Origin: Eledone cirrhosa
Taxonomy: Eukaryota
Assembly: GCA_964016885.1 (NCBI GenBank)
Contig: OZ024743.1
Location: 211,792,001-211,856,000, forward strand
Direction: 5' to 3'
Length of the DNA: 64,000 nt
Below the pieces are notes generated by a model, which saw nothing but the letters and a program-made list of their open reading frames with translations, was not told where the DNA came from and did not search any database. Made by a program: the position numbers and the translations under genes. Below, in pieces: positions 51,901-64,000 of this stretch. Position 1 is the first letter of the stretch; each line of letters opens with the position of its first letter.

Positions 51901-52888
51901 GATTTTAAGGAGATATCTTGCTGAAATTCACGCCACACATAGCCAATGAGTGTCTGCACATGTACCAGTAATTACAGATCGATCCGACCACGGGCGGCCG
52001 GCCCGCGATTGAAAAAGTAACTCCGCCGGCAAATCGTCATTTTTGTGATCCGTTTTCTTCGAAGCACACCATTCGCCGCCGGACTTCAGCTGCCTCATTT
52101 AGCATGGGCTGTTTTTTTTGAAAATCACACCACACACAACCAATGTGTGTCTGCACATGTACCAGTAATTACAGATCGATCCCCCCACGGGCGGCCGGCC
52201 CACAATCGAAAAGGTTACTCCGCCTGCAAATCGTCATTTTCGGATTCGTTTTCTTCGAAGCACACCATTCGCCGGCGGACTTCAGCTGCCTCATTTAGCA
52301 TGGGCAGTTTTTCTTGAAGATCACACCACACACAGCCAATGAGTGTCTGCACATGTACCAGTAATTAGAGATCGATCCGACCACGGGCGGCCGGCCCACG
52401 ATCGAGAAAAAGGTAACTCCGCCGGCAAATCGTCATTTTTGTGATCCGTTTTCTTCGAAGCACACCATTCGCCGCCGGACTTCAGCTGCCTCATTTAGCA
52501 TGGGCAGTTTTTTTTGAAAATCACACCACACACAACCAATGTGTGTCTGCACATGTACCAGTAATTACAGATCGATCTGACCACGGGCGGCCGGCCCGCG
52601 ATTGAAAAGGTAACTCCGCCGGCAAATCGTCATTTTTGTGATTCGTTTTCTTCGAAGCACACCATTCGCCGCCGGACTTCAGCTGCCTCATTTAGCATGG
52701 GCAGTTTTTTTTGAAAATCATACCACACACAACCAATGTGTGTCTGCACATGTACCAGTAATTACAGATCGATCCCACCACGAGTTCAATGTAAACAAAC
52801 TTACGCTCAACGACTTTGTTGACGTTTAACACGGTTTGGTTCCACAGCCACAACTATTGATTTTACGGAGATATCTTGCTGAAATTCA
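45770..52888. repeat. 2373-bp higher-order repeat (12 monomers: A,A,A,A,C,B,B,A,A,A,A,C), 3 tandem copies
   Basis: Offsets 46143->48516->50889 and 47299->49672->52045 = 2373; monomer lengths sum to 2373. Shared variants GAAAAAGTAA, GGGCTGTT, GATCTGACC and ATCATACC. Chimeric junction GAAATTCACACCACACACAGCC at ~48143 and ~50516. Confidence 0.93.
46754..46980 (+). repeat. Type B monomer, 227 bp (228-bp variant also present): A left arm plus C right arm (representative copy)
   Basis: Spacing 46754->46981 = 227 (ORF offsets 46728->46955 and 54071->54298 agree). The sequence reads A-type up to ...CATTCGCCGGCGGACTT, then C-type TGTTGACGTTTAAC... Confidence 0.95.
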
Positions 52889-54099
52889 CGCCACACATAG
52901 CCAATGAGTGTCTGCACATGTACCAGTAATTACAGATCGATCCGACCAGGGGCGGCCGGCCCGCGATTGAAAAGGTAACTCCGCCGGCAAATCGTCATTT
53001 TTGTGATTCGTTTTCTTCGAAGCACACCATTCGCCGGCGGACTTTGTTGACGTTTAACACGGTTTGGTTCCACAGCCACAACTATTGATTTTAAGGAGAT
53101 ATCTTGCTGAGATTCACGCCACACATAGCCAATGAGTGTCTGCACATGTACCAGTAATTACAGATGGATCCCACCACGGGCGGCCGGCCCACAATCGAAA
53201 AGGTTACTCCGCCTGCAAATCGTCATTTTCGGATTCGTTTTCTTCGAAGCACACCATTCGCCGGCGGACTTCAGCTGCCTCATTTAGCATGGGCAGTTTT
53301 TCTTGAAGATCACACCACACACAGCCAATGAGTGTCTGCACATGTACCAGTAATTACAGATGGATCCCACCACGGGCGGCCGGCCCACAATCGGAAAGGT
53401 TACTCCGCCTGCAAATCGTCATTTTCGGATTCGTTTTCTTCGAAGCACACCATTCGCCGGCGGACTTCAGCTGCCTCATTTAGCATGGGCAGTTTTTCTT
53501 GAAGATCACACCACACACAGCCAATGAGTGTCTGCACATGTACCAGTAATTAGAGATCGATCCGACCACGGGCGGCCGGCCCACGATCGAGAAAAAGGTA
53601 ACTCCGCCGGCAAATCGTCATTTTTGTGATCCGTTTTCTTCGAAGCACACCATTCGCCGCCGGACTTCAGCTGCCTCATTTAGCATGGGCAGTTTTTTTT
53701 GAAAATCACACCACACACAACCAATGTGTGTCTGCACATGTACCAGTAATTACAGATCGATCCGACCACGGGCGGCCGGCCCGCGATTGAAAAGGTAACT
53801 CCGCCGGCAAATCGTCATTTTTGTGATTCGTTTTCTTCGAAGCACACCATTCGCCGCCGGACTTCAGCTGCCTCATTTAACATGGGCAGTTTTTTTTTAA
53901 AATCACACCACACACAACCAATGTGTTTCTGCACATGTACCAGTAATTACAGATCGATCCCACCACGAGTTCAATGTAAACTAACTTACGCTCAACGACT
54001 TTGTTGACGTTTAACACGGTTTGGTTCCACAGCCACAACTATTGATTTTAAGGAGATATCTTGCTGAAATTCACGCCACACATAGCCAATGAGTGTCTG

Positions 54100-57000
54100 C
54101 ACATGTACCAGTAATTACAGATCGATCCGACCAGGGGCGGCCGGCCCGCGATTGAAAAGGTAACTCCGCCGGCAAATCGTCATTTTTGGATTCGTTTTCT
54201 TCGAAGCACACCATTCGCCGGCGGACTTTGTTGACGTTTAACACGGTTTGGTTCCACAGCCACAACTATTGATTTTAAGGAGATATCTTGCTGAAATTCA
54301 CGCCACACATAGCCAATGAGTGTCTGCACATGTACCAGTAATTACAGATCGATCCGACCAGGGGCGGCCGGCCCGCGATTGAAAAGGTAACTCCGCCGGC
54401 AAATCGTCATTTTTGGATTCGTTTTCTTCGAAGCACACCATTCGCCGGCGGACTTTGTTGACGTTTAACACGGTTTGGTTCCACAGCCACAACTATTGAT
54501 TTTAAGGAGATATCTTGCTGAAATTCACGCCACACATAGCCAATGAGTGTCTGCACATGTACCAGTAATTACAGATCGATCCGACCACGGGCGGCCGGCC
54601 CGCGATTGAAAAGGTAACTCCGCCGGCAAATCGTCATTTTTGTGATCCGTTTTCTTCGAAGCACACCATTCGCCGCCGGACTTCAGCTGCCTCATTTAGC
54701 ATGGGCAGTCTTTTTTGAAAATCACACCACACACAACCAATGTGTGTCTGCACATGTACCAGTAATTACAGATCGATCCGACCACGGGCGGCCGGCCCGC
54801 GATTGAAAAGGTAACTCCGCCGGCAAATCGTCATTTTTGTGATTCGTTTTCTTCGAAGCACACCATTCGCCGCCGGACTTCAGCTGCCTCATTTAGCATG
54901 GGCAGTTTTTTTGAAAATCACACCACACACAACCAATGTGTGTCTGCACATGTACCAGTAATTACAGATCGATCCCACCACGAGTTCAATGTAAACAAAC
55001 TTACGCTCAACGACTTTGTTGACGTTTAACACGGTTTGGTTCCACAGCCACAACTATTGATTTTACGGAGATATCTTGCTGAAATTCACGCCACACATAG
55101 CCAATGAGTGTCTGCACATGTACCAGTAATTACAGATCGATCCGACCACGGGCGGCCGGCCCGCGATTGAAAAGGTAACTCCGCCGGCAAATCGTCATTT
55201 TTGTGATCCGTTTTCTTCGAAGCACACCATTCGCCGCCGGACTTCAGCTGCCTCATTTAGCATGGGCAGTCTTTTTTGAAAATCACACCACACACAACCA
55301 ATGTGTGTCTGCACATGTACCAGTAATTACAGATCGATCCGACCACGGGCGGCCGGCCCGCGATTGAAAAGGTAACTCCGCCGGCAAATCGTCATTTTTG
55401 TGATTCGTTTTCTTCGAAGCACACCATTCGCCGGCGGACTTTGTTGACGTTTAACACGGTTTGGTTCCACAGCCACAACTATTGATTTTAAGGAGATATC
55501 TTGCTGAGATTCACGCCACACATAGCCAATGAGTGTCTGCACATGTACCAGTAATTACAGATGGATCCCACCACGGGCGGCCGGCCCACAATCGAAAAGG
55601 TTACTCCGCCTGCAAATCGTCATTTTCGGATTCGTTTTCTTCGAAGCACACCATTCGCCGGCGGACTTCAGCTGCCTCATTTAGCATGGGCAGTTTTTCT
55701 TGAAGATCACACCACACACAGCCAATGAGTGTCTGCACATGTACCAGTAATTACAGATGGATCCCACCACGGGCGGCCGGCCCACAATCGGAAAGGTTAC
55801 TCCGCCTGCAAATCGTCATTTTCGGATTCGTTTTCTTCGAAGCACACCATTCGCCGGCGGACTTCAGCTGCCTCATTTAGCATGGGCAGTTTTTCTTGAA
55901 GATCACACCACACACAGCCAATGAGTGTCTGCACATGTACCAGTAATTAGAGATCGATCCGACCACGGGCGGCCGGCCCACGATCGAGAAAAAGGTAACT
56001 CCGCCGGCAAATCGTCATTTTTGTGATCCGTTTTCTTCGAAGCACACCATTCGCCGCCGGACTTCAGCTGCCTCATTTAGCATGGGCAGTTTTTTTTGAA
56101 AATCACACCACACACAACCAATGTGTGTCTGCACATGTACCAGTAATTACAGATCGATCCCACCACGAGTTCAATGTAAACTAACTTACGCTCAACGACT
56201 TTGTTGACGTTTAACACGGTTTGGTTCCACAGCCACAACTATTGATTTTAAGGAGATATCTTGCTGAAATTCACGCCACACATAGCCAATGAGTGTCTGC
56301 ACATGTACCAGTAATTACAGATCGATCCGACCTGGGGCGGCCGGCCCACAATCGAAAAGGTTACTCCGCCTGCAAATCGTCATTTTCGGATTCGTTTTCT
56401 TCGAAGCACACCATTCGCCGCCGGACTTCAGCTGCCTCATTTAGCATGGGCAGTTTTTTTTGAAAATCACACCACACACAACCAATGTGTGTCTGCACAT
56501 GTACCAGTAATTACAGATCGATCCCCCCACGGGCGGCCGGCCCACAATCGAAAAGGTTACTCCGCCTGCAAATCGTCATTTTCGGATTCGTTTTCTTCGA
56601 AGCACACCATTCGCCGGCGGACTTCAGCTGCCTCATTTAGCATGGGCAGTTTTTCTTGAAGATCACACCACACACAGCCAATGAGTGTCTGCACATGTAC
56701 CAGTAATTAGAGATCGATCCGACCACGGGCGGCCGGCCCACGATCGAGAAAAAGGTAACTCCGCCGGCAAATCGTCATTTTTGTGATCCGTTTTCTTCGA
56801 AGCACACCATTCGCCGCCGGACTTCAGCTGCCTCAGTTAGCATGGGCAGTTTTTTTTGAAAATCACACCACACACAACCAATGTGTGTCTGCACATGTAC
56901 CAGTAATTACAGATCGATCCGACCAGGGGCGGCCGGCCCGCGATTGAAAAGGTAACTCCGCCGGCAAATCGTCATTTTTGGATTCGTTTTCTTCGAAGCA

Positions 57001-59930
57001 CACCATTCGCCGGCGGACTTTGTTGACGTTTAACACGGTTTGGTTCCACAGCCACAACTATTGATTTTAAGGAGATATCTTGCTGAAATTCACGCCACAC
57101 ATAGCCAATGAGTGTCTGCACATGTACCAGTAATTACAGATCGATCCGACCAGGGGCGGCCGGCCCGCGATTGAAAAGGTAACTCCGCCGGCAAATCGTC
57201 ATTTTTGGATTCGTTTTCTTCGAAGCACACCATTCGCCGGCGGACTTTGTTGACGTTTAACACGGTTTGGTTCCACAGCCACAACTATTGATTTTAAGGA
57301 GATATCTTGCTGAAATTCACGCCACACATAGCCAATGAGTGTCTGCACATGTACCAGTAATTACAGATCGATCCGACCACGGGCGGCCGGCCCGCGATTG
57401 AAAAGGTAACTCCGCCGGCAAATCGTCATTTTTGTGATCCGTTTTCTTCGAAGCACACCATTCGCCGCCGGACTTCAGCTGCCTCATTTAGCATGGGCAG
57501 TCTTTTTTGAAAATCACACCACACACAACCAATGTGTGTCTGCACATGTACCAGTAATTACAGATCGATCCGACCACGGGCGGCCGGCCCGCGATTGAAA
57601 AGGTAACTCCGCCGGCAAATCGTCATTTTTGTGATTCGTTTTCTTCGAAGCACACCATTCGCCGCCGGACTTCAGCTGCCTCATTTAGCATGGGCAGTTT
57701 TTTTGAAAATCACACCACACACAACCAATGTGTGTCTGCACATGTACCAGTAATTACAGATCGATCCCACCACGAGTTCAATGTAAACAAACTTACGCTC
57801 AACGACTTTGTTGACGTTTAACACGGTTTGGTTCCACAGCCACAACTATTGATTTTACGGAGATATCTTGCTGAAATTCACGCCACACATAGCCAATGAG
57901 TGTCTGCACATGTACCAGTAATTACAGATCGATCCGACCACGGGCGGCCGGCCCGCGATTGAAAAGGTAACTCCGCCGGCAAATCGTCATTTTTGTGATC
58001 CGTTTTCTTCGAAGCACACCATTCGCCGCCGGACTTCAGCTGCCTCATTTAGCATGGGCAGTCTTTTTTGAAAATCACACCACACACAACCAATGTGTGT
58101 CTGCACATGTACCAGTAATTACAGATCGATCCGACCACGGGCGGCCGGCCCGCGATTGAAAAGGTAACTCCGCCGGCAAATCGTCATTTTTGTGATTCGT
58201 TTTCTTCGAAGCACACCATTCGCCGGCGGACTTTGTTGACGTTTAACACGGTTTGGTTCCACAGCCACAACTATTGATTTTAAGGAGATATCTTGCTGAG
58301 ATTCACGCCACACATAGCCAATGAGTGTCTGCACATGTACCAGTAATTACAGATGGATCCCACCACGGGCGGCCGGCCCACAATCGAAAAGGTTACTCCG
58401 CCTGCAAATCGTCATTTTCGGATTCGTTTTCTTCGAAGCACACCATTCGCCGGCGGACTTCAGCTGCCTCATTTAGCATGGGCAGTTTTTCTTGAAGATC
58501 ACACCACACACAGCCAATGAGTGTCTGCACATGTACCAGTAATTACAGATGGATCCCACCACGGGCGGCCGGCCCACAATCGGAAAGGTTACTCCGCCTG
58601 CAAATCGTCATTTTCGGATTCGTTTTCTTCGAAGCACACCATTCGCCGGCGGACTTCAGCTGCCTCATTTAGCATGGGCAGTTTTTCTTGAAGATCACAC
58701 CACACACAGCCAATGAGTGTCTGCACATGTACCAGTAATTAGAGATCGATCCGACCACGGGCGGCCGGCCCACGATCGAGAAAAAGGTAACTCCGCCGGC
58801 AAATCGTCATTTTTGTGATCCGTTTTCTTCGAAGCACACCATTCGCCGCCGGACTTCAGCTGCCTCATTTAGCATGGGCAGTTTTTTTTGAAAATCACAC
58901 CACACACAACCAATGTGTGTCTGCACATGTACCAGTAATTACAGATCGATCCCACCACGAGTTCAATGTAAACTAACTTACGCTCAACGACTTTGTTGAC
59001 GTTTAACACGGTTTGGTTCCACAGCCACAACTATTGATTTTAAGGAGATATCTTGCTGAAATTCACGCCACACATAGCCAATGAGTGTCTGCACATGTAC
59101 CAGTAATTACAGATCGATCCGACCTGGGGCGGCCGGCCCACAATCGAAAAGGTTACTCCGCCTGCAAATCGTCATTTTCGGATTCGTTTTCTTCGAAGCA
59201 CACCATTCGCCGCCGGACTTCAGCTGCCTCATTTAGCATGGGCAGTTTTTTTTGAAAATCACACCACACACAACCAATGTGTGTCTGCACATGTACCAGT
59301 AATTACAGATCGATCCCCCCACGGGCGGCCGGCCCACAATCGAAAAGGTTACTCCGCCTGCAAATCGTCATTTTCGGATTCGTTTTCTTCGAAGCACACC
59401 ATTCGCCGGCGGACTTCAGCTGCCTCATTTAGCATGGGCAGTTTTTCTTGAAGATCACACCACACACAGCCAATGAGTGTCTGCACATGTACCAGTAATT
59501 AGAGATCGATCCGACCACGGGCGGCCGGCCCACGATCGAGAAAAAGGTAACTCCGCCGGCAAATCGTCATTTTTGTGATCCGTTTTCTTCGAAGCACACC
59601 ATTCGCCGCCGGACTTCAGCTGCCTCAGTTAGCATGGGCAGTTTTTTTTGAAAATCACACCACACACAACCAATGTGTGTCTGCACATGTACCAGTAATT
59701 ACAGATCGATCCGACCAGGGGCGGCCGGCCCGCGATTGAAAAGGTAACTCCGCCGGCAAATCGTCATTTTTGGATTCGTTTTCTTCGAAGCACACCATTC
59801 GCCGGCGGACTTTGTTGACGTTTAACACGGTTTGGTTCCACAGCCACAACTATTGATTTTAAGGAGATATCTTGCTGAAATTCACGCCACACATAGCCAA
59901 TGAGTGTCTGCACATGTACCAGTAATTACA
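54100..59930. repeat. 2792-bp higher-order repeat (14 monomers), 2 copies, with a related variant copy downstream to ~62600
   Basis: Offsets 54298->57090, 55327->58119 and 56863->59655 = 2792. Markers GACCTGGGG (~56331/~59123), TCAGTTAGC (~56835/~59627/~62556), CGGAAAGG and GCAGTCTTTT. Confidence 0.88.
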
Positions 59931-61040
59931 GATCGATCCGACCACGGGCGGCCGGCCCGCGATTGAAAAGGTAACTCCGCCGGCAAATCGTCATTTTTGT
60001 GATCCGTTTTCTTCGAAGCACACCATTCGCCGCCGGACTTCAGCTGCCTCATTTAGCATGGGCAGTCTTTTTTGAAAATCACACCACACACAACCAATGT
60101 GTGTCTGCACATGTACCAGTAATTACAGATCGATCCGACCACGGGCGGCCGGCCCGCGATTGAAAAGGTAACTCCGCCGGCAAATCGTCATTTTTGTGAT
60201 TCGTTTTCTTCGAAGCACACCATTCGCCGCCGGACTTCAGCTGCCTCATTTAGCATGGGCAGTTTTTTTGAAAATCACACCACACACAACCAATGTGTGT
60301 CTGCACATGTACCAGTAATTACAGATCGATCCCACCACGAGTTCAATGTAAACAAACTTACGCTCAACGACTTTGTTGACGTTTAACACGGTTTGGTTCC
60401 ACAGCCACAACTATTGATTTCACGGAGATATCTTGCTGAAATTCACGCCACACATAGCCAATGAGTGTCTGCACATGTACCAGTAATTACAGATCGATCC
60501 GACCACGGGCGGCCGGCCCGCGATTGAAAAGGTAACTCCGCCGGCAAATCGTCATTTTTGTGATCCGTTTTCTTCGAAGCACACCATTCGCCGCCGGACT
60601 TCAGCTGCCTCATTTAGCATGGGCAGTCTTTTTTGAAAATCACACCACACACAACCAATGTGTGTCTGCACATGTACCAGTAATTACAGATCGATCCGAC
60701 CACGGGCGGCCGGCCCGCGATTGAAAAGGTAACTCCGCCGGCAAATCGTCATTTTTGTGATTCGTTTTCTTCGAAGCACACCATTCGCCGCCGGACTTCA
60801 GCTGCCTCATTTAGCATGGGCAGTTTTTTTGAAAATCACACCACACACAACCAATGTGTGTCTGCACATGTACCAGTAATTACAGATCGATCCCACCACG
60901 AGTTCAATGTAAACAAACTTACGCTCAACGACTTTGTTGACGTTTAACACGGTTTGGTTCCACAGCCACAACTATTGATTTTACGGAGATATCTTGCTGA
61001 AATTCACGCCACACATAGCCAATGAGTGTCTGCACATGTA
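59918..61040. repeat. 561-bp A-A-C trimer, 2 tandem copies (unit recurs near 62980-63540)
   Basis: C-body starts at 60339->60900 and 62845->63406 are 561 apart (197+196+168). The second A monomer has a T7 instead of a T8 tract. Confidence 0.85.
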
Positions 61041-64000
61041 CCAGTAATTACAGATCGATCCGACCAGGGGCGGCCGGCCCGCGATTGAAAAGGTAACTCC
61101 GCCGGCAAATCGTCATTTTTGTGATTCGTTTTCTTCGAAGCACACCATTCGCCGGCGGACTTTGTTGACGTTTAACACGGTTTGGTTCCACAGCCACAAC
61201 TATTGATTTTAAGGAGATATCTTGCTGAGATTCACGCCACACATAGCCAATGAGTGTCTGCACATGTACCAGTAATTACAGATGGATCCCACCACGGGCG
61301 GCCGGCCCACAATCGAAAAGGTTACTCCGCCTGCAAATCGTCATTTTCGGATTCGTTTTCTTCGAAGCACACCATTCGCCGGCGGACTTCAGCTGCCTCA
61401 TTTAGCATGGGCAGTTTTTCTTGAAGATCACACCACACACAGCCAATGAGTGTCTGCACATGTACCAGTAATTACAGATGGATCCCACCACGGGCGGCCG
61501 GCCCACAATCGGAAAGGTTACTCCGCCTGCAAATCGTCATTTTCGGATTCGTTTTCTTCGAAGCACACCATTCGCCGGCGGACTTCAGCTGCCTCATTTA
61601 GCATGGGCAGTTTTTCTTGAAGATCACACCACACACAGCCAATGAGTGTCTGCACATGTACCAGTAATTAGAGATCGATCCGACCACGGGCGGCCGGCCC
61701 ACGATCGAGAAAAAGGTAACTCCGCCGGCAAATCGTCATTTTTGTGATCCGTTTTCTTCGAAGCACACCATTCGCCGCCGGACTTCAGCTGCCTCATTTA
61801 GCATGGGCAGTTTTTTTTGAAAATCACACCACACACAACCAATGTGTGTCTGCACATGTACCAGTAATTACAGATCGATCCCACCACGAGTTCAATGTAA
61901 ACTAACTTACGCTCAACGACTTTGTTGACGTTTAACACGGTTTGGTTCCACAGCCACAACTATTGATTTTAAGGAGATATCTTGCTGAAATTCACGCCAC
62001 ACATAGCCAATGAGTGTCTGCACATGTACCAGTAATTACAGATCGATCCGACCAGGGGCGGCCGGCCCACAATCGAAAAGGTTACTCCGCCTGCAAATCG
62101 TCATTTTCGGATTCGTTTTCTTCGAAGCACACCATTCGCCGCCGGACTTCAGCTGCCTCATTTAGCATGGGCAGTTTTTTTTGAAAATCACACCACACAC
62201 AACCAATGTGTGTCTGCACATGTACCAGTAATTACAGATCGATCCCCCCACGGGCGGCCGGCCCACAATCGAAAAGGTTACTCCGCCTGCAAATCGTCAT
62301 TTTCGGATTCGTTTTCTTCGAAGCACACCATTCGCCGGCGGACTTCAGCTGCCTCATTTAGCATGGGCAGTTTTTCTTGAAGATCACACCACACACAGCC
62401 AATGAGTGTCTGCACATGTACCAGTAATTAGAGATCGATCCGACCACGGGCGGCCGGCCCACGATCGAGAAAAAGGTAACTCCGCCGGCAAATCGTCATT
62501 TTTGTGATCCGTTTTCTTCGAAGCACACCATTCGCCGCCGGACTTCAGCTGCCTCAGTTAGCATGGGCAGTTTTTTTTGAAAATCACACCACACACAACC
62601 AATGTGTGTCTGCACATGTACCAGTAATTACAGATCGATCTGACCACGGGCGGCCGGCCCGCGATTGAAAAGGTAACTCCGCCGGCAAATCGTCATTTTT
62701 GTGATTCGTTTTCTTCGAAGCACACCATTCGCCGCCGGACTTCAGCTGCCTCATTTAGCATGGGCAGTTTTTTTGGAAAATCACACCACACACAACCAAT
62801 GTGTGTCTGCACATGTACCAGTAATTACAGATCGATCCCACCACGAGTTCAATGTAAACAAACTTACGCTCAACGACTTTGTTGACGTTTAACATGGTTT
62901 GGTTCCACAGCCACAACTATTGATTTTACGGAGATATCTTGCTGAAATTCACGCCACACATAGCCAATGAGTGTCTGCACATGTACCAGTAATTACAGAT
63001 CGATCCGACCACGGGCGGCCGGCCCGCGATTGAAAAGGTAACTCCGCCGGCAAATCGTCATTTTTGTGATCCGTTTTCTTCGAAGCACACCATTCGCCGC
63101 CGGACTTCAGCTGCCTCATTTAGCATGGGCAGTCTTTTTTGAAAATCACACCACACACAACCAATGTGTGTCTGCACATGTACCAGTAATTACAGATCGA
63201 TCCGACCACGGGCGGCCGGCCCGCGATTGAAAAGGTAACTCCGCCGGCAAATCGTCATTTTTGTGATTCGTTTTCTTCGAAGCACACCATTCGCCGCCGG
63301 ACTTCAGCTGCCTCATTTAGCATGGGCAGTTTTTTTGAAAATCACACCACACACAACCAATGTGTGTCTGCACATGTACCAGTAATTACAGATCGATCCC
63401 ACCACGAGTTCAATGTAAACAAACTTACGCTCAACGACTTTGTTGACGTTTAACACGGTTTGGTTCCACAGCCACAACTATTGATTTTACGGAGATATCT
63501 TGCTGAAATTCACGCCACACATAGCCAATGAGTGTCTGCACATGTACCAGTAATTACAGATCGATCCGACCAGGGGCGGCCGGCCCGCGATTGAAAAGGT
63601 AACTCCGCCGGCAAATCGTCATTTTTGTGATTCGTTTTCTTCGAAGCACACCATTCGCCGGCGGACTTTGTTGACGTTTAACACGGTTTGGTTCCACAGC
63701 CACAACTATTGATTTTAAGGAGATATCTTGCTGAGATTCACGCCACACATAGCCAATGAGTGTCTGCACATGTACCAGTAATTACAGATCGATCCGACCA
63801 CGGACGGCCGGCCCGCGATTGAAAAGGTAACTCCGCCGGCAAATCGTCATTTTTGGATTCGTTTTCTTCGAAGCACACCATTCGCCGGCGGACTTTGTTG
63901 ACGTTTAACACGGTTTGGTTCCACAGCCACAACTATTGATTTTAAGGAGATATCTTGCTGAGATTCACGCCACACATAGCCAATGAGTGTCTGCACATGT

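Larger units (their letters stand above)
1..64000. repeat. Composite tandem satellite array (~320 monomers of 158-228 bp, all in one orientation), running off both window ends
   Basis: The motif CTGCACATGTACCAGTAATT recurs at 161, 358, 554, 754 (variant), 951, 1119 and so on to the window end, always on the + strand. No non-repeat sequence was found. Confidence 0.99.

Noticed and set aside
252-63932. About 130 short ORFs (63-91 aa; MIRFLRST..., MWLWNQTV..., MQTLIG..., MGRPPVVG...)
   Set aside because: They are translations of the repeat on both strands and in overlapping frames, many from non-ATG starts, opened or closed by monomer indels. Most monomer lengths are not multiples of 3 and no recognisable domain is present.
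1-64000. CRISPR-like reading (constant core as repeat, bodies as spacers)
   Set aside because: The core (~71 bp) and bodies (97-157 bp) are too long, the 'spacers' are only three re-used types rather than unique, and there are no cas genes or leader.
1-64000. Identity with known satellites of similar size (Trypanosoma cruzi 195-bp, primate alpha 171-bp, Arabidopsis 178-bp)
   Set aside because: Only the length is similar. I recognise none of their sequence motifs here; a database search is needed to assign the family.
1-64000. Embedded transposon, inversion or unique island within the array
   Set aside because: Reading through, every segment was assignable to the core or an A, B or C body in the same orientation; no reverse-strand copy of the monomer was seen.

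Overview
The whole 64-kb window is one uninterrupted, single-orientation, head-to-tail satellite array of roughly 320 monomers (64000/~197), with no unique flanking sequence, no credible genes, no transposon insertions and no inversions seen. Every monomer has the same ~71-bp core (TGAAaaTCACaCCACACAcaaCCAATGtGTGTCTGCACATGTACCAGTAATTACAGATCGATCCcACCACG), followed by one of three bodies. Type A is 196/197/200 bp with a GC-rich, inverted-repeat-containing body. Type C is 168 bp, with an unrelated AT-richer 97-bp body. Type B is 227/228 bp, a chimera of the A left arm and the C right arm fused at a shared GACTT. These monomers form locally changing higher-order repeats (593, 988, 2232, 3357, 1945, 2994, 1778, 2172, 2373, 2792 and 561 bp), and part of this set lies inside a near-perfect ~12.2-kb tandem duplication. 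All listed ORFs are by-products of the repeat. The organisation resembles eukaryotic (peri)centromeric or heterochromatic satellite DNA, but I do not recognise the family or organism, and function cannot be shown from sequence alone. Periods were derived by hand from the ORF-track offsets and monomer sums; block boundaries are approximate.
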